64,000 bases of DNA from Lepidodermella squamata (GCA_047495785.1 JBLDXI010000054.1:2356001-2420000), one strand, 5' to 3'; shown: positions 12,634 through 27,183, numbered from the stretch's first letter. The notes: generated from the sequence alone by a model not told the origin. Numbers and translations are program-made.

Positions 12634-15600
12634 TCAACAACGTTAAATTCTCGTCATTTCAAAGCGTTTTAAAAAATTATAAATCTATATCGAAAACACA
12701 AATCGCTATATATATACAGCGTGTCCCATAATTAACTCAAACTGAGAAAATTAACGGAAAAGGGTTCAGTAACTCTAACAGAGACGGGGTCATGTCTCAT
12801 AGCCAGAAAAATATTTCAAAAATGTAGATTGACATTTTTTGACATTTTGTCCAACCGGGTAAAATACCGAAAATTACCGAATCGGTTACGATCGGGATTT
12901 CCCGGGTTTTCTCCGGAATTTCTTCCGGAATTTCCTTGGTAAAAAATATAAAAAAAAATAATAATAAATGGAAGATTATCCCCGTATGTTCAATTACAAA
13001 AAGAATTCTGCAAAATTAAAAAAATTAAAAAAATCCTACTACACAAAATTTAAACTGAGTGAGAACTGCCGCCTTAAAATTTCGATAAAAGTTGAAATAT
13101 TAGGAATTTCAAAGCCATTAGTAATCTTCAGTTTGCTGCAATATCTAAAGGGGATTCAAATTTTAATATGTCATATAAATTCGGATATTATAATTCCTCA
13201 TAATTAATTTTATAATAATTAAAAAATCCTCCTTAATAATTTAGATTTAATCAAATTCGTACGTAATCATTTGAGTGAAATGTCTATTTTTCACGATTTA
13301 ATTAGCTCTATGATTGATGAGCCGAGGCGGCTGAATCAACATCACTGCTGATTACTGAGGATGGAGTGAAAAAATTGAATGCGAGATCAAGGGCATAAAG
13401 TCCTACACTAAAAAGCGTATCATGAAAACAAGCTCCCTACACGTAGTATGCAGGTAAATTAATGTAAGGACGCCGGTATACGTAGCAGTACAGGATGTAT
13501 TCACCGCTGTTCCGCGACGTGATCATAGTAATAATAGTAAAGGCTAAAAAAGACGAGGGAAAAATCATTATGAAAGGCAACTGCTCATCTCCCTGGCAAC
13601 GCTTGACGGAACTCACACCTTTGATATACACGCTCGAACGGAAAAATACCATCATTAAATAATGGGACGACAATGTTATTTTCGATTGCTATTTTCCCGC
13701 TAGTAAATAAATTTTTTATTAAAAATGAAGCAAAATTAATAGGGAGAATCAAAACACGCAAGAATCTTGTCTGAATAGAAATTAAATGCCACATACACCT
13801 ATGGGACTGAATATGATACTATAATGCATTGAGTAGAGGGAATAAATTAATGGCTATAGAAATAAATGAAAGGGTAATAAAGTCGTCAGCGGCCTTGCAG
13901 AGAAAAATGAACCTCCTTATCCCTTAGCAGGATCAGCAATGATGTCCCACCACATGTTACCTACGTCACCAAAGCTAACCGCAGTTAATTTATTACTGAT
14001 TTTTATTCTCTATAATTTATGTTGGGAAAAATCAAAAAACGGCAAAAAGAAGAGAAATCGAAGCTTGTTTTTTGACTTGATGAGCGAAGCAGCTAAATTT
14101 TGGAGTGAAAATTCACGCCTTATCAGAGTGAAGCGTCACCTCAGCTATAAGGCGGGTAAAATGCGGTATCCGATTTCAAACATCAATAAATGCGTTAGAT
14201 CACATTTTCGTGAGGTAACACCTTCTCCTGATAATGAGGATGTGATGGCGGTCGGCTGATGATGATGATGATCAATTTTTATTTGCAATGTCATCCCGCA
14301 CTTTCATTTTATTACACGGTGCGCTGCCGCCGCACGCTCTCGGCTGTAGGTCATCTCGGCGAAAAATCTGACCTCTGAAGACCTGAAAATTGATGTAAAA
14401 ACTCATGGGGAATATTACCGATTAAAATGAATAAATTTTTCGGCTCATGTTTTTCCCCTTGGAATTTTTTAATTCAATTTCACAAATATGTCCCACACGG
14501 CGACTGAACGTTTGTCAAATGAGGTCCCTACGAAGCATTTGCGGTGTCACTCTGAGGTACAGGGAATGATTATATAAGGGAAAAATGCGAAACTCAAAAA
14601 TTATCTTCGAGAGTAGCAAAAGACATCAACTTAGGTGGTACGGTCGTATGGACCCCGAACGGCTGACTCACCGAGAACGGTATTGGAACGTGCCGGAGGG
14701 TTAGAAACGGCCTAGAAGCAGGCCTAAGCTAAGGTGGCTCGACTGAATTAAGAAAAATTTAGAGGATGCCGATGATCTAGGGAAGGACAGAAAACAGTGG
14801 AGGCTGCAAATTCTGGGTTGATGAATCTGATACTTCTCGTGGGATTTTGTATATTTTGTTTCATTGATGGAAAATGATTTCGGTTTGACTAGGATCAGTC
14901 CCCTAGACTGGTCCTCCTCCGACACGCGCTCTGTTTGCCAGGTCAGCACCGTGACCTGTCCGGCAGGGTGTGTACACCGGAGTGATTTTTATTCTCAGCA
15001 CGCCTGTTTTTTTGAGCTGACGAATAAAGAAAATGCTATGATATGTTATGTTAATTTCACAAATAAATTCAGATATTTTCGAAGATCGCCAGGTTTCGAT
15101 TTCCGTTCATTTCCATTTCGAAATTCAGCGTCGCAGAACAAGGGTTCTCAAACACGTGTTACCAGTTTTTCTCAGATCTTTTCCCGACAACAATAACTCG
15201 TAGGTGGAAAAAAGAACACAACACAGCGGAAAAAGATAAGATAACGCCACACGCGCGACTGGCCGCGGGAAAAATTCATTTACTCGCGCTGTGCTGTTAT
15301 TAGGTAACTTGAATCTTGAATGGTATAACACTACGTAGTATAATTCAACGACACTATATACTCGTGTATTATTATAATGATTATGCACTTGTGTCTTGCC
15401 TTTTACCGCCCGCTCGCCTTTTTGCGATAGCCACCAGCCGGCTGCTTTTATTACCGTTCGAGCACTTGCGATTATCCGCCATTATTATTACCCACACATG
15501 AGATGTTTTTCCTACCAACATTCCTGTGTGTAAAAAGCTAACTCAGCACCTAAGCCGAATAATAAAAAAATGAATATGTTTGTTACGTTTAATTTCTTTT

Positions 15601-18580
15601 AAAATTGCCGCGTGATAACACCTGAGAAGTGATGAGCTGATGACTCATCACGTGCTCGCCATTCTCACCCCCGAGTACTTGAACCCTGCTGCTTTTATTC
15701 ATTCTCTTCTACAACGTGTTGATTGTAAGCGCTCAGTGCTGGGCTTATTTCCTCATTACAAATTTTATTGCTGTTGGGTTTTTTCTTCCATTCAATCAAT
15801 GCACGTGGCGATCAACTGGCATGCCTTGTTGTGGCACGCGTTCAAGTGACGATGCATTTCGATAAAATACAGCTTTATTTTTCGCCCGATTTTCTGCTGC
15901 GATTTTAGTGATGTTGGAATGTAGGCTTTTCATGTTCCGTTTTTTAAGGTGGTTCTCTGTTGTTTTATATCCAATATTTCCTTCACATCGCTGAACCCAT
16001 GTTACATTGTTACATTGAGCCAGAAAAATTAATCCATATTTTAGGTATTTTCTAGTATTGGCTACCTTTTTATTGTTGGTTTTGGGTACTAGGTATGCCT
16101 AGGTATTCGTAATACTATGATTATGTGTTGGCCTTTCAGGCTTTACCGCCACATGTCAGATTTATTGCGATTAATATCAATCAGTTCAGCCGGATACAAT
16201 ATCCGTAATACCTCGGAGTAATTTTTCCATGTTTTCGTGTGGAAGCAATCACTCTATAAGGACCGAAATGCTTCGAAGCTTCGTTTTATCCCTATCAGCG
16301 ATATATTTATCAAGTAACGAATTTCTTGGCTTTCATCGCGAATGTGAAATTTTTCAGTTATCCACGTGTAGATGTCCAAAATTATTGCGGTTTGTTTAGT
16401 ATTTTCAGCTTATTTTAAACAATGACGTTCTTGCAATAAGATGAACAATAAAAGCCTGATGTTCATCTACGAGATGCACCGAAAATCTAGGCTTTTATAC
16501 TGCTGACTGTCTACCGCGCAGTCGACCGCCTTTGTCTCATTTGCAATACTACTCGTTTTCGGTATTTTCCTACAGCAAAAGGAATGGATTATTTTCATGC
16601 TTCCAAGTAAGTGTCAGAGCGGAAATTCGACGATTAAGGAGGATTTTTGTATTTGATGACCTGAATTTTATTGCTTTTATTGCTGCGTGATGTTTCGCGA
16701 CCTAGAAAACACGTCGATATAATTATCGCCGCTTTATTATAACACCACGTAGTAATGAACAGCAAAAACACTGGCTTATTTCTTGCACTTACGAATGCGT
16801 TTAATGAGGCGGTCGAAAATCTTTACCACACGATTTTTCTTAGAATAAATTTCATATACTTGGCAGGCTGTTACTACTATGCGTCGTGGAAAAAATCGTA
16901 AGAATAAACAACGCACCCAGGCACGAGAGCAGTTAGAACGATACCTTGTTGGCTTGTAAAAGTGGCAGGTAAAGTGTTGGAATGTTTGCTGCCTGCCTTA
17001 GTCGTGGTTGTTTTCATTACCCTAATACTCACATTACTAGCCGTGTCGCTCGTCCTCTGCCTGCTATAGTATACACTCATCGACGGCAGTATTAACCCTA
17101 TGCCAGGCTCTGCTGTGTTGATAGTAAGGTAGTAGTAATCCTCATCATTATCGCCATTGCTTCATGCCTTGTACTGCCTTGTAATAGGCGGACGCCGTAA
17201 ACTGTGACATGGATCTGTACTATACTCGGCCATATAACGTTACCACGTGGTGTAACTTCCCTTGGCTTCTGTAGTGATAGATTACTATTAGTAGTAGTAA
17301 TATTAGAACAAATAGCTGGCCACTACTACTTGTTCCAGTAATAGCAGCCTCGCATCTTCTATGGGAGTGCTTTCTAGGCTATTCGGGCAAATTCGAGATA
17401 CTTATATTTTACAGTTCTTTTTGGAACTGGTAAAATTCACGCGTACTCTCGCTAGACCAGCCACTATTTTAGTTACTTAACCCTTCTGTAATTTTCTCGA
17501 TTTTTGGCATAGGTTGAAAAAATTGGAAAAGTCCTCCTTAATAAATTGTTAGCAAATTTCCCACTGTTCGCTAAATTGATTTTATCGCTTTAACAAGTGA
17601 AAAGCGGTGTTGGCCGAATTTTCTGAATTTCGCGAACAGGTTTCTGGCTTCAAATACGGCGAATCTTGGCTTTCCTAATTTAGTGCACCATCTCTCCTTG
17701 GATATTTTAAATTTTAAAAAGTTCGACCTCAAGAATGCTCTCATCCGCACCTTACTCATTCAGACGAACGCACAGGCGCTCTAAAAATTTATCCTAATTT
17801 TTAAATATTAAGCCTTGTCATAAATACCTCAACAGCATCGATAATAGCATTTAACAATAGCAATTTAATTTAGGTTGATGCGGTTTATTAGCTTGGGAAA
17901 AAACTGTGCGCGAACTTTCGTACCTTGCGCCGTAAACTTTGAACGCCATTTTCTCAACAACCCTGATGGCTATTATTTTCGTTTTGATATCGTTCGATTC
18001 CTCGTTAATTGATTAGTTGAATGTGACCCTTTCACTTGTTAATGGGTCAATTACACTCAAAAACTCATAGGGAAAGAACATTTTTGTTTAGATGATGACG
18101 TTGAAATTGCATCACCGCGTCGAATTGCTTGTTTTTCACGCTTGAAGACTTTTGTGTTAGATTTCACACACAACCCTGGTATAACCGCGCACTCACAAGG
18201 GATTAAAACTAGCCTCGCTTCCGTCCTAGTTGCGGCTAAGTAAACATGATCCATGGTACGTGAATGACGATCAAGAGCGGGATTACGCCACACCATGTGC
18301 AACATTACTGCGACAACCACACACACACATGTCGTGAATGTTCACGTGAAAAGTCGGCTCTTTGTTTACTTTACCGTCTAGTTTTTACCTGTCAGCACTT
18401 GTCTAGAAATTTATCCAAGTTCACGGACAGGATTATCAAATCTCGGACATAATTTTTATCCAAATTTTTCAAGATTTTTTGTAGAATTTTTCAAAGATTT
18501 TCCGCCCTTTTCCCGAGTTATTTTTCTGATAATTTTTATATACTTGTTGTTTAGATTTGTTGTTTGCCGTTTTATAAAAA

Positions 18581-20897
18581 ATGGTTAATACTTTTAGAAC
18601 GCCGACATGGGCGCTTGTCGCGTTTGTTTTCCTAGTCGCCTTCAGCGTCTTCTCGTCAGTTTCAGCTCAAGACAACAGCGTTCACGACAAAATCGGCGAT
18701 GAGTCACCACCGACCGGCAATGACACGGCCGATGCGCCGGTTGATAAATTCAGGTCGAACTGGACGGATGATAGGAAATTGTCGTGGAAAGATTTCGTTT
18801 TCCCGATTGCTTGCGGCATCGCTGGTCCGTGCATTTTCGCCTTTGTGATCGCCGCCGCCATTTACCAGCCGCATCACACGAAGCAGCGCGAAGAGAAGAA
18901 GGTGAGAACGACAATTTCATCATTTTTTTGCGTGGGATTACACCTTTGATCTTTAATCCAACATAGATGATATAGGGTTAGACAAGCATCATCTTCGGCT
19001 TATTATAATTTTTTGACTTGAAGACAATAGAAATTACTTGAAATTGATGTAGAAAAGACTGAAAATTACCAAAATACCAGAAATTAGCCCCAAATTAATT
19101 TTTTTTCAGGCAAGGGAATTAGAGTAATCTAGCGATTCATACATGATTCATGGAATTTTTATGAACATTTCGTGCAATTCTCCGGAGGTGTCCGTAAAAT
19201 CACGGGTCAGAGTTTTCGCTTACATTTTTAGTGGATTTGTTATTATAATTTTGTTGGTCCAAAGTCCAAAGGTTTTAGTAGATTTTTTCAACCAGAACTT
19301 TATCATTTTGGATCCTATATCTGGGATTTTCGCTATCAGTAGTATTTTGGGTGAAGAGAATGGAATGCCGACCCTGTTAATCCGTGTAGAATGTTGGATT
19401 TTTTATACGAATACTCCAATTATCCAAAATGCGATTATGCCAGACTTCGGATTATCTGTGTCGCTGAAAATAGGAATGAATATCCGGAAATTTAATGTTT
19501 AGGAAATATCCCTTAACAGAAAATTAGGGAAAGCTAAGAAGAGGGTGGGAAGGGGGCACTAGTTTTGAAAAGCCTTCGAATGAAAGCTCGTATGGCATAA
19601 CAAATTCAGTGAAAATTCATGGGCTCTATTTTTGCTTTGAAAAATGAAATATTCAACATTCTGAGGATTCGAATAAATAATTATAATATATTTTCATACA
19701 AATTTAGTAGAGACCTGAATTAAATAGGCAATTATGGCAATTTTTAATGGGTCTTACTTTTAGCGGAACCAAATTTTGTCACTTTTTGAAGCTTTCAAGA
19801 TTGTCAAGATTTATCAGCATAATTTGAAAAAAATCATCATTAAATTCAGCGTAAAATTCTGTAAAAGACGCATTCTTCACTATAGAATTCATGCATTGCC
19901 TCAATTTCATAGCAATATTCAAAAAGCGACCTTTCGCTTACCTAAAATTAGGTTCCGCAAAATGCCGATTTGGTTCCGGTAAAAGATATTCTGATTTTTA
20001 ATATACTTAAAATCTCAAGACATTGACGATTTCGGTGTCGTTTGGAACCGCTCAGAAGATGCGTCTCGATTTCGAGTCAGCGGCACAGTTTTTAACCGGT
20101 GTCAAATGACTCACAAGCGAATCGAAACAACCTTCCAGAATTTCTCCCAACCTTTTAGGCCTTGGAACTCTTTAAATTAAATTGAAACTCCTCTACGTCA
20201 CCGTCTATTGCTTTATGCGGTTGAAATTCGATAGAAATTCTAAGCTAATCAGCTTTTCAAAAAGGTTCAGCTGTCATTCTAACGACCTTTTTGGGATTAG
20301 CGGAACATTTCTGAATTATTACCACCCGAAATCTCGAAATGTCTCTGCTGGTCAAAATAATTGACCCAGAACCCGTTGGACCCATGTTTTATAGAATCCG
20401 AAGTCATTATTCGCTCTGATCTAATGAGGAAAATTTTTGTCACACGGACCAGGCCAGTTGGACCTATAGGTTGATATAACTCCGTTAACAGATTTTCTAA
20501 AAAATGAGTTTCCCATATTTTTCCTATAGCAGCCTACAATTTCAAACTCGAAATTCTGAAAAATTCGAAAGTTACTTTGGGGAATCGCTCATTTTTAATG
20601 TTTTCGAACCGACTTGACCCAGTTAAGGATGGGCGATTAATAGCGACTGGGCTTACTATTGGAACAAATACGGTATTTCAGCGATGCTTTTTTTACGTAT
20701 ATAATAATCTCTAGACTAGAGGCTCCGCTTTTTTTAATATTTGTCTGTTTTAATTTCAGCGTTACGAAGACGCGCTGGAGCAGAAGAAGCGTTCCGACTC
20801 TCAAACCGAAAAATTCCGCCTGCTACAACAGCAAATATCGATAACTCACGCGCCGCGCGATTCCGACTCGAAGAGGAGTAGCGTTAGCAATGTTTAA
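18581..20897 (+). CDS. Small type I membrane protein, paralog A (uncharacterised), 2 exons
   Basis: Exons 18581-18901 and 20760-20897 join in frame. Signal peptide, SVHDKIGDE, TM IACGIAGPCIFAFVIAAAIY, basic tail ending KRSSVSNV*. Confidence 0.75.
20513..20673. mobile_element. Tc2-like MITE, copy 2 (inverted relative to copy 1)
   Basis: Ends GGAACAAATACGG-TA. Shares internal TCAAGTCGGTTCGAAAACAT(C/T)AAAAATGA with 11109-11294. Confidence 0.7.
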
Positions 20898-23463
20898 ACA
20901 AAATAGATCATCACAAATAAATAGCCGAACGAAGAAGCAGCCGACGACGACGATTTGATCCTCTTCTTGATATATATGTAGGCGTTTGATGACTTTGATG
21001 ACTGATGAAAATTCACCTCATCTTTGAGCGAAAAAAAACCGGGTGTGTATTACTCTTCCATGTTTACGCAATTTTTTCGAATCATGATTCCACAGTTTTG
21101 TTCGGTTGGCTGGAGAGATGATGATGATGTCCTCGCATAATTTAGAACAACTACTGCTTTTTTCTCTCGAATAATCTACCTTGAAAATGTTCCGAATCTG
21201 GCGCTAGTATTTTTGTGTTTTTTTTTGTGTTTCGAAGAAGAAGAAAATTTATTATTAGCATTAACCAATTATATAAATAATAATATGTTATCATCAGTCT
21301 TTTCTGACACAAGGTGAAATTAGTGTTTTCAATTTAAAAAAAATGAATTTAACGTCCAATATTCTTCCCTTTGTTGCTACTCCTGCCATCCTGAAAAAAC
21401 CTGGAGTATTATTTTTGTGATTCGACGTTTGTAAATATAAGTCAGCGCAATAATATTTTTCGTTATATATAAATATATTAGCCTCATCGTTTAGTTCATC
21501 ATCTTCTTCTTCTTCTTTACCATCTTCTTCGTTGCTGCTTTGTTAAGGATTGATTGATATTAACTAGTGCCAATTTGGAGCGCGTGCTTTTTGTTGGAGG
21601 ACCGTAATATAGTTCTGTGAATCAACGAAAAGGGAAGATGAGATAATTTTTTTAATTAAAAAAATGAAAATGATGACAAGATTGTTTATGAATTTTTTTA
21701 TCCAGGCCGTCGGAAATAAGCAGGTAATTTGTTTATTATTATTATGTGAAAAATGCTTGCTATATGTATCAAAGAGCTTCCGTAATTGGCTGCTAATTTA
21801 TATAGCCGATGGTTCCGGTATAAATTGCTTGCATATAATACTCTCCAGACATGATGATAAAATGAACGCGATTCGGTACGTGACATTTCGCATTGAGACC
21901 AGCGCACTTTTTTCTACATCCGTGGTCATTGAAATGAGAGGGAGAGAGAGCAGCCCAGGTACATGACATTTCACAAAGGCGAGTGAGCTTCAATGGGCTA
22001 TTGATCACCTGTGCTGCGCTTGCTGAAAAAGTAGAGAATATATGCGCCAATTATCTCGGCTTGCACAAATGCCATCTGATGGGTATACTGCATAGTAAAA
22101 ATTTAGTGCCGTAGGCGCAAAAAAAGTATGGAGACCGTGAAAAATTTCCGACTTGAGGTGAGTTCCTAATGATTTTCCTCATTGTAGAACCGGCTGTTTT
22201 TTTTAGTATAACACGCTCACATGATTACATGTGCTTTTACACTCGTCTTTCGCATATAATGACTAGATTTAAAATGAAAGATGTTTTAGCCACAGGTTAG
22301 GCATTAATACCTTGACGTCATTGAAGTGAGTACCAGATGACGTAATTGGTAGCAAATTTTTAGATCTTTTGTTATATTTAGATGTATATCGAGGTTAATT
22401 GGCCAAGTTGGGTAATTCCAAATTTACATCAATTAATTTTAAATTTTTCGAATTTCAGTTATTTATCTAGGTTTTATTAATTAATTAATTTTGTAGTATC
22501 TAAGGGGTTTTGAGCAATTTTTTCTTTATAACTCACAGCTCTGCACTGCCTGATTCCCACGAGATTGCTAAAAGGCGGATTATTTCTTCGCTGCGAGTGG
22601 CAAAAAATTCCGTCTAGTACTTTGGCGCATCCGATTATATGTAGCACGGCTATATATCGTAAAAAACCGCTTCTCAATGTCCCAGTTGTCTTTTCGGCCT
22701 CTGAAGGCTCTATCAGCCAAAAACCCGCCGAGTTTTTTCCGGATTTGACAAACTGAGGCGAATGTTGAGCTGGCGAGTGTATTTTTCAGTGAGTAACATC
22801 TATCACTCAGGCTCATCGCGCGGTCTCTCATTAAAATTCAGCGGCGAGTGAAAAACGTGCGATGCTATCTGCTGCTATCTAAATGATGTGCACTTTCCGC
22901 CCTGATCTAACACAACCAACGCGCCGCGCTCTCGCGCACAGAAAAAAAAACCGGCCCTTAATATTACGTATAGCGATGAGGCCAAATATCATGACAACAA
23001 CAACGCTGTTACTGCTACATATAAATTAAATTTCGGAAAAACCACCTCTCGATTATACATGCTATGGCTACTCACCGCCGGCCGGTTGGTGGTGGAAAAT
23101 TCCGCGTGCAGGACACGCAGCAAAACAACTATGTATCCGCATGAAAAATAAGCTCAGGCGATTAAACAACTTTTGAACCGGTTTACAATTAGGCAATTTA
23201 AAAATCAATTTCGACAGTAATTTTTATTAAGGCGGCATATTTTTTTTGCGGCGCGTCATATCGTTTTTTTCGCAATCAATAATTTTGCGCGAGAAATATA
23301 ATAATAACAGTAATCACGCCAAATTTTCGCCCTACTGGTCTAGCATAAATTTTTCACGCCCCAGTGATTAATCATCCAATCAGTTTTTTTTATATGCTGA
23401 AATATTATACTCACCTAAAACAAGAACTAGTAGTTTTTATTCGATCAGAGACATTTTTTGAGC

Positions 23464-23922
23464 TTAAATAATCATTTCGTCATCATTCGCCATTGCTTCA
23501 GGTAAAGCTAACCGATTATTACACGGAATAATGAATACAGTTACCAGCATCACAACGAAAAATAGGAAGAAGTAAGCTCCCCATAGAACTGTTTCTGGTC
23601 CAATGGCAAAAAAATTGTCGTGCCCGCCGGCGTCGAACTCGCCATGGTTGGGTCGAATGGCTACCCTAGGCACGATGATGTACTTTTCAATTGATTTGTC
23701 GTAGATGCCAGTGCCGTTTCGAGCCGTGTACAACACATGTTCGGCTATGGTATAATTCTGATCGCTCAAAACGAATCGATTCATAGCTGCTGAGTTGGTT
23801 AGATTGGAAGTCAAAGGCCAGCTTTTGTAGCTGCTCTGGTATGATACTTTTATATAAGGCGATGAGTCAGCCGATCGCCGCCAGCTCAACGCGATGATGA
23901 TTCCAATATTTCGCCACCACAT
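23464..23922 (-). CDS. Orphan single-pass membrane protein (intronless ORF)
   Basis: MWWRNIGIIIALSW start, three N-glycosylation sequons (NLT, NYT, NGT) and a strong C-terminal TM VLWGAYFFLFFVVMLVTVFII. No family recognised. Confidence 0.55.
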   Translation of the reverse strand: MWWRNIGIIIALSWRRSADSSPYIKVSYQSSYKSWPLTSNLTNSAAMNRFVLSDQNYTIAEHVLYTARNGTGIYDKSIEKYIIVPRVAIRPNHGEFDAGGHDNFFAIGPETVLWGAYFFLFFVVMLVTVFIIPCNNRLALPEAMANDDEMII

Positions 23923-24136
23923 AGTTGGCACGGATATTCGGGAAATCCTGTCTTCGTCACCCTATAGCATTATACTTATGATTATATTGATTTCCTTTTT
24001 TTACACGTATACACCAATTTTTATTATTATAGGTAAATAGTTGTTATATTTATATTGTGACTCGACTGCTGCGTGTTGTTTACTAATCCTTACCTCACGA
24101 GCTCAGTCATCTGAATCCACGCCAGGAACAAGAAAA

Positions 24137-25353
24137 ATGTTTGCCAGGCCTAGTGGCGCTTTTGTTCTCGCCTCAGGTAAAACTTTCATTTATTAGCAAA
24201 GGAACTAAATTTGCTAGTCCAAAATAGATTCTTTCAATGCTGAAAAATAGCAAAAATTGGGTCATCAACAAATAAAAATTAATTAGTTCAACATCGTAAT
24301 TCAAAATCGAAATTTAATTTGCAAACTTCAATTACTGAGCAGGACTTTTGAGCAACGATAAAAGGGCAAAATTGGATTAATAATTTCAATTATTTTCTGC
24401 AGTGACATTTAAGCAACGACATTTGCGCATTGAGAAAGGACCACCGAAAATAGAGCAAATAAAAATAAAAATAAAGTTTAAAACGGACTAAAAAAAATCC
24501 ACAAATTTAGCAAAATAATTCACAATTTTATTTTTTAATTGCTCTTTCGTCTTTGCTCAATTGTCGCCTTAATTATAACCTTGTTTTCCGTTTTACTTTA
24601 AAGTCCTTGCTCATTTCTCTCAATTAGCTTGTTAGAATTTAATTCTGAAATTTTTTATAATTTTTAACGTGAATTTCAACTTTCAAATTTTAGTTTTCGC
24701 GTTGTGTTTAATTGGCGTGGCGGTTGCCAATCCGGTCGAATCAACGACCTCATCTGTTCACACGAAGGTTGGCGATGAGGCCGCTGGTGATAGCAAGCCG
24801 GCGGTGGTAGGCGATGCCGACTCGAAAGACCGCGGCTGCTCATCTAGCCCGTACAAGGATAAGCCGTGCGGCCTCGAGACATTCCCCGGCTTTTTTGACT
24901 GGGTTAAAGATACGCGCAAATACGAATGGATCTACATGGCTTTCTGCATTACTCTTGGTAGTTGCATTTTCTTATTCGTCATTTCTGCTGCCATCTACAA
25001 CGCGAGTACCTACAAGAAGAAACAGGCCGCCAAGCTTCGGGTAACAATTTTTTTAATTTTAAACTTAATTTAAAAAATTTTAAATTTATTTTAAAAAAAT
25101 TTAAATTTATTTTAAAAAAATTTAAATTTATAAAAAAAATTAAATTTGAATTTATAATGAAAAATTTCAAATTAACTAGTATCCTGAATTTTATTTTAAT
25201 TTTTTTATTAATTTTTCGCAGCACATTCGTGAAGAAGACGAGCGAGCCCGTGCGGCGACAATTCACAGTACAGAACGCCGCGGTTCGCACCTTGCTCAAC
25301 CCCGCCGCTCGTCGCTCAGCGTCGCCATTCAGGAACCAAGACCGAAAAGCTAG
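24137..25353 (+). CDS. Small type I membrane protein, paralog B (uncharacterised), 3 exons
   Basis: Exons 24137-24176, 24694-25040, 25222-25353. Signal MFARPSGAFVLASVFALCLIGVAVA, SVHTKVGDE, TM FCITLGSCIFLFVISAAIY, tail with RRGS and RRSS. Confidence 0.8.
25066..25150. repeat. AT-only ~21-nt tandem repeat in intron
   Basis: About 3-4 copies of TTAAAAAAATTTAAATTTATT. Confidence 0.7.
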
Positions 25354-26035
25354 AAAAGCCAGCCTTAGACGATTGCCTTTTAGATTATTCGAAACATCAG
25401 CAAGTTACATACAACTAAACAAATCAATCGCCGCATCTTCCTGTTTCATTCATTTCATTCATTCTTCATTCAGCACACGCACTTGTCCGACTGCCATCAG
25501 ATACTTAATAATACACAACAACAAAAATGAATGAACTTTCATGTCCCAAAAAAAATTGTGCCCGTGAGATGATGAGTTATTATATAGTTTTCTGTCAAAT
25601 TTTAATCGTAATTTTAACAGAAGATTTGTAAATATGCTACAATATACAACATTATTGTAAATCGAGAAAGCGATGTCATTAAAGACTGAAGAGAAATTTG
25701 TCAATTTTTTTGCGGAACCGGTTTTGATCAAGGGAACCAATAATCAATAATCAATCAATAACTTTTTATTTTATTCGAAAAAAAGAAACTGTGGAATAGA
25801 TAAGCGGTTATTATAAAAGGTCTTAATTTATCGCGCAAGGGGTCGATATAATTAGTCGCTTCCTGGTTCTTACCTCATTGGCGGTTACTTCATGCGACAT
25901 ATGCCATCACCCTTCGAGCCAGTTATTAACGTTCGCCCCTCGCACTTGATTATATAACGCCCATATGGCAAGGCGCTGAATTCAGCCGGTACCAGTCATT
26001 TAATTTTGTGTGTGACCTATTTAACTGCATCAATA

Positions 26036-26440
26036 ATGTTTTCGGCTTATTATTACTTGTTTTTCGTTGTTTTGCTGACCGTTTTCTGGCTGAAAGCTGA
26101 CTGTGAGCTTGTTGTTTACAACGCAACAGCGCCGTCAGATTTGCACTGCTGGGAATGCCAGGGTAGGTGGGAGGAGTGCCGGAATACGCGCCACTACCCG
26201 TCGGAGAAATCGCTGGCTAAAATTGCGGCCTGTGCCGCTGATCAATACTACTGCGCTACGTTGATTTTCGGCGATATCGAACGAACAGTTCAGACTTATT
26301 GCACGGCAACCTGCACGCCGATAGCCCTGAAACACCTGCGCATAGCCTGCTGCCAAACCCAGATGTGCAACTGCATTGTTGCGGATGGCGAAACGCCGGA
26401 AGACTGCATACTGTCGACCTCACGAAAAACTGGCTACTAA
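26036..26440 (+). CDS. Secreted Ly6/uPAR (three-finger, quiver-like) protein
   Basis: Signal peptide MFSAYYYLFFVVLLTVFWLKADC; CWEC...C...C...CCQTQMCN LU cysteine pattern. No convincing GT donor before the stop. Confidence 0.75.
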   Translation: MFSAYYYLFFVVLLTVFWLKADCELVVYNATAPSDLHCWECQGRWEECRNTRHYPSEKSLAKIAACAADQYYCATLIFGDIERTVQTYCTATCTPIALKHLRIACCQTQMCNCIVADGETPEDCILSTSRKTGY

Positions 26441-27183
26441 ATTGAATTTTTTCCAATAAAAATGTCCTTAACGTATTGTTAGGCAAAACCAGACTTTTTA
26501 AAATGCGTTTAGTATAATATTTTTCCTGGGTTTTATTTCAATTCCTAGTTTTAGCCGGCCAGGTAAGTCCAGACAGTACGGAAATCAGAGGCAAATCATC
26601 TTTCTTTCAGCAGAAATCAGTGGTAACTCGGCAGTTTTCGATGATCCAGAATCAGGCCTTCAATGCTGGAATTGTCAAGGAAGTCCTGAAGAATGCGGGA
26701 ATGGGGATGTTTTCACCGATCACCACAGCTGAAAGATTTTTCAAAGCGGAGAGGTTTAAATATTCAGGTTTATACTCACTATATATGCGGCATTTTTCCG
26801 AAAATCAGGACTCCTGAAAAGCGAAAGCAGCCATTATATTATCCTTTCATCATCCGGAAATGTACTTTTGATATTTTACTTTTAAGTCTCTTCCTTATTC
26901 GAACAATATACGTATGAGCTACAGAATTGAAGGAATTAATTCTACATGAAAGCCGTGTTACACTAGTCGCTGTTTTGAGGTCTGAAAGCGACCTGAGGTC
27001 ATGCGGTCGAATGCGTAGCGCGCTTTCTGCGTTGCTCCTCGCAACAGAGGCGCGTTTAACCTTTGAAAGGTGACACGCTTTGAGGCGCACCCGCGCTATT
27101 ACCCAACCATCGATGCGCGTGTTACAGAAACGCAAAGTTGCACCCAGTTGTAAATACGAGATTTCGGTTGCCGCAAGCGGAAA

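Noticed and set aside
12716-12735. Tc1-like terminus TACAGCGTGTCCCA
   Set aside because: No partner inverted end found nearby.
12968-18452. Short ORFs of 60-110 aa across this interval
   Set aside because: No recognisable motifs or consistent splice structure; likely regulatory or UTR sequence.
24962-25534. 190-aa ORF with KKFKFIL repeats
   Set aside because: Reads through an AT tandem-repeat intron and out of frame through paralog B exons.
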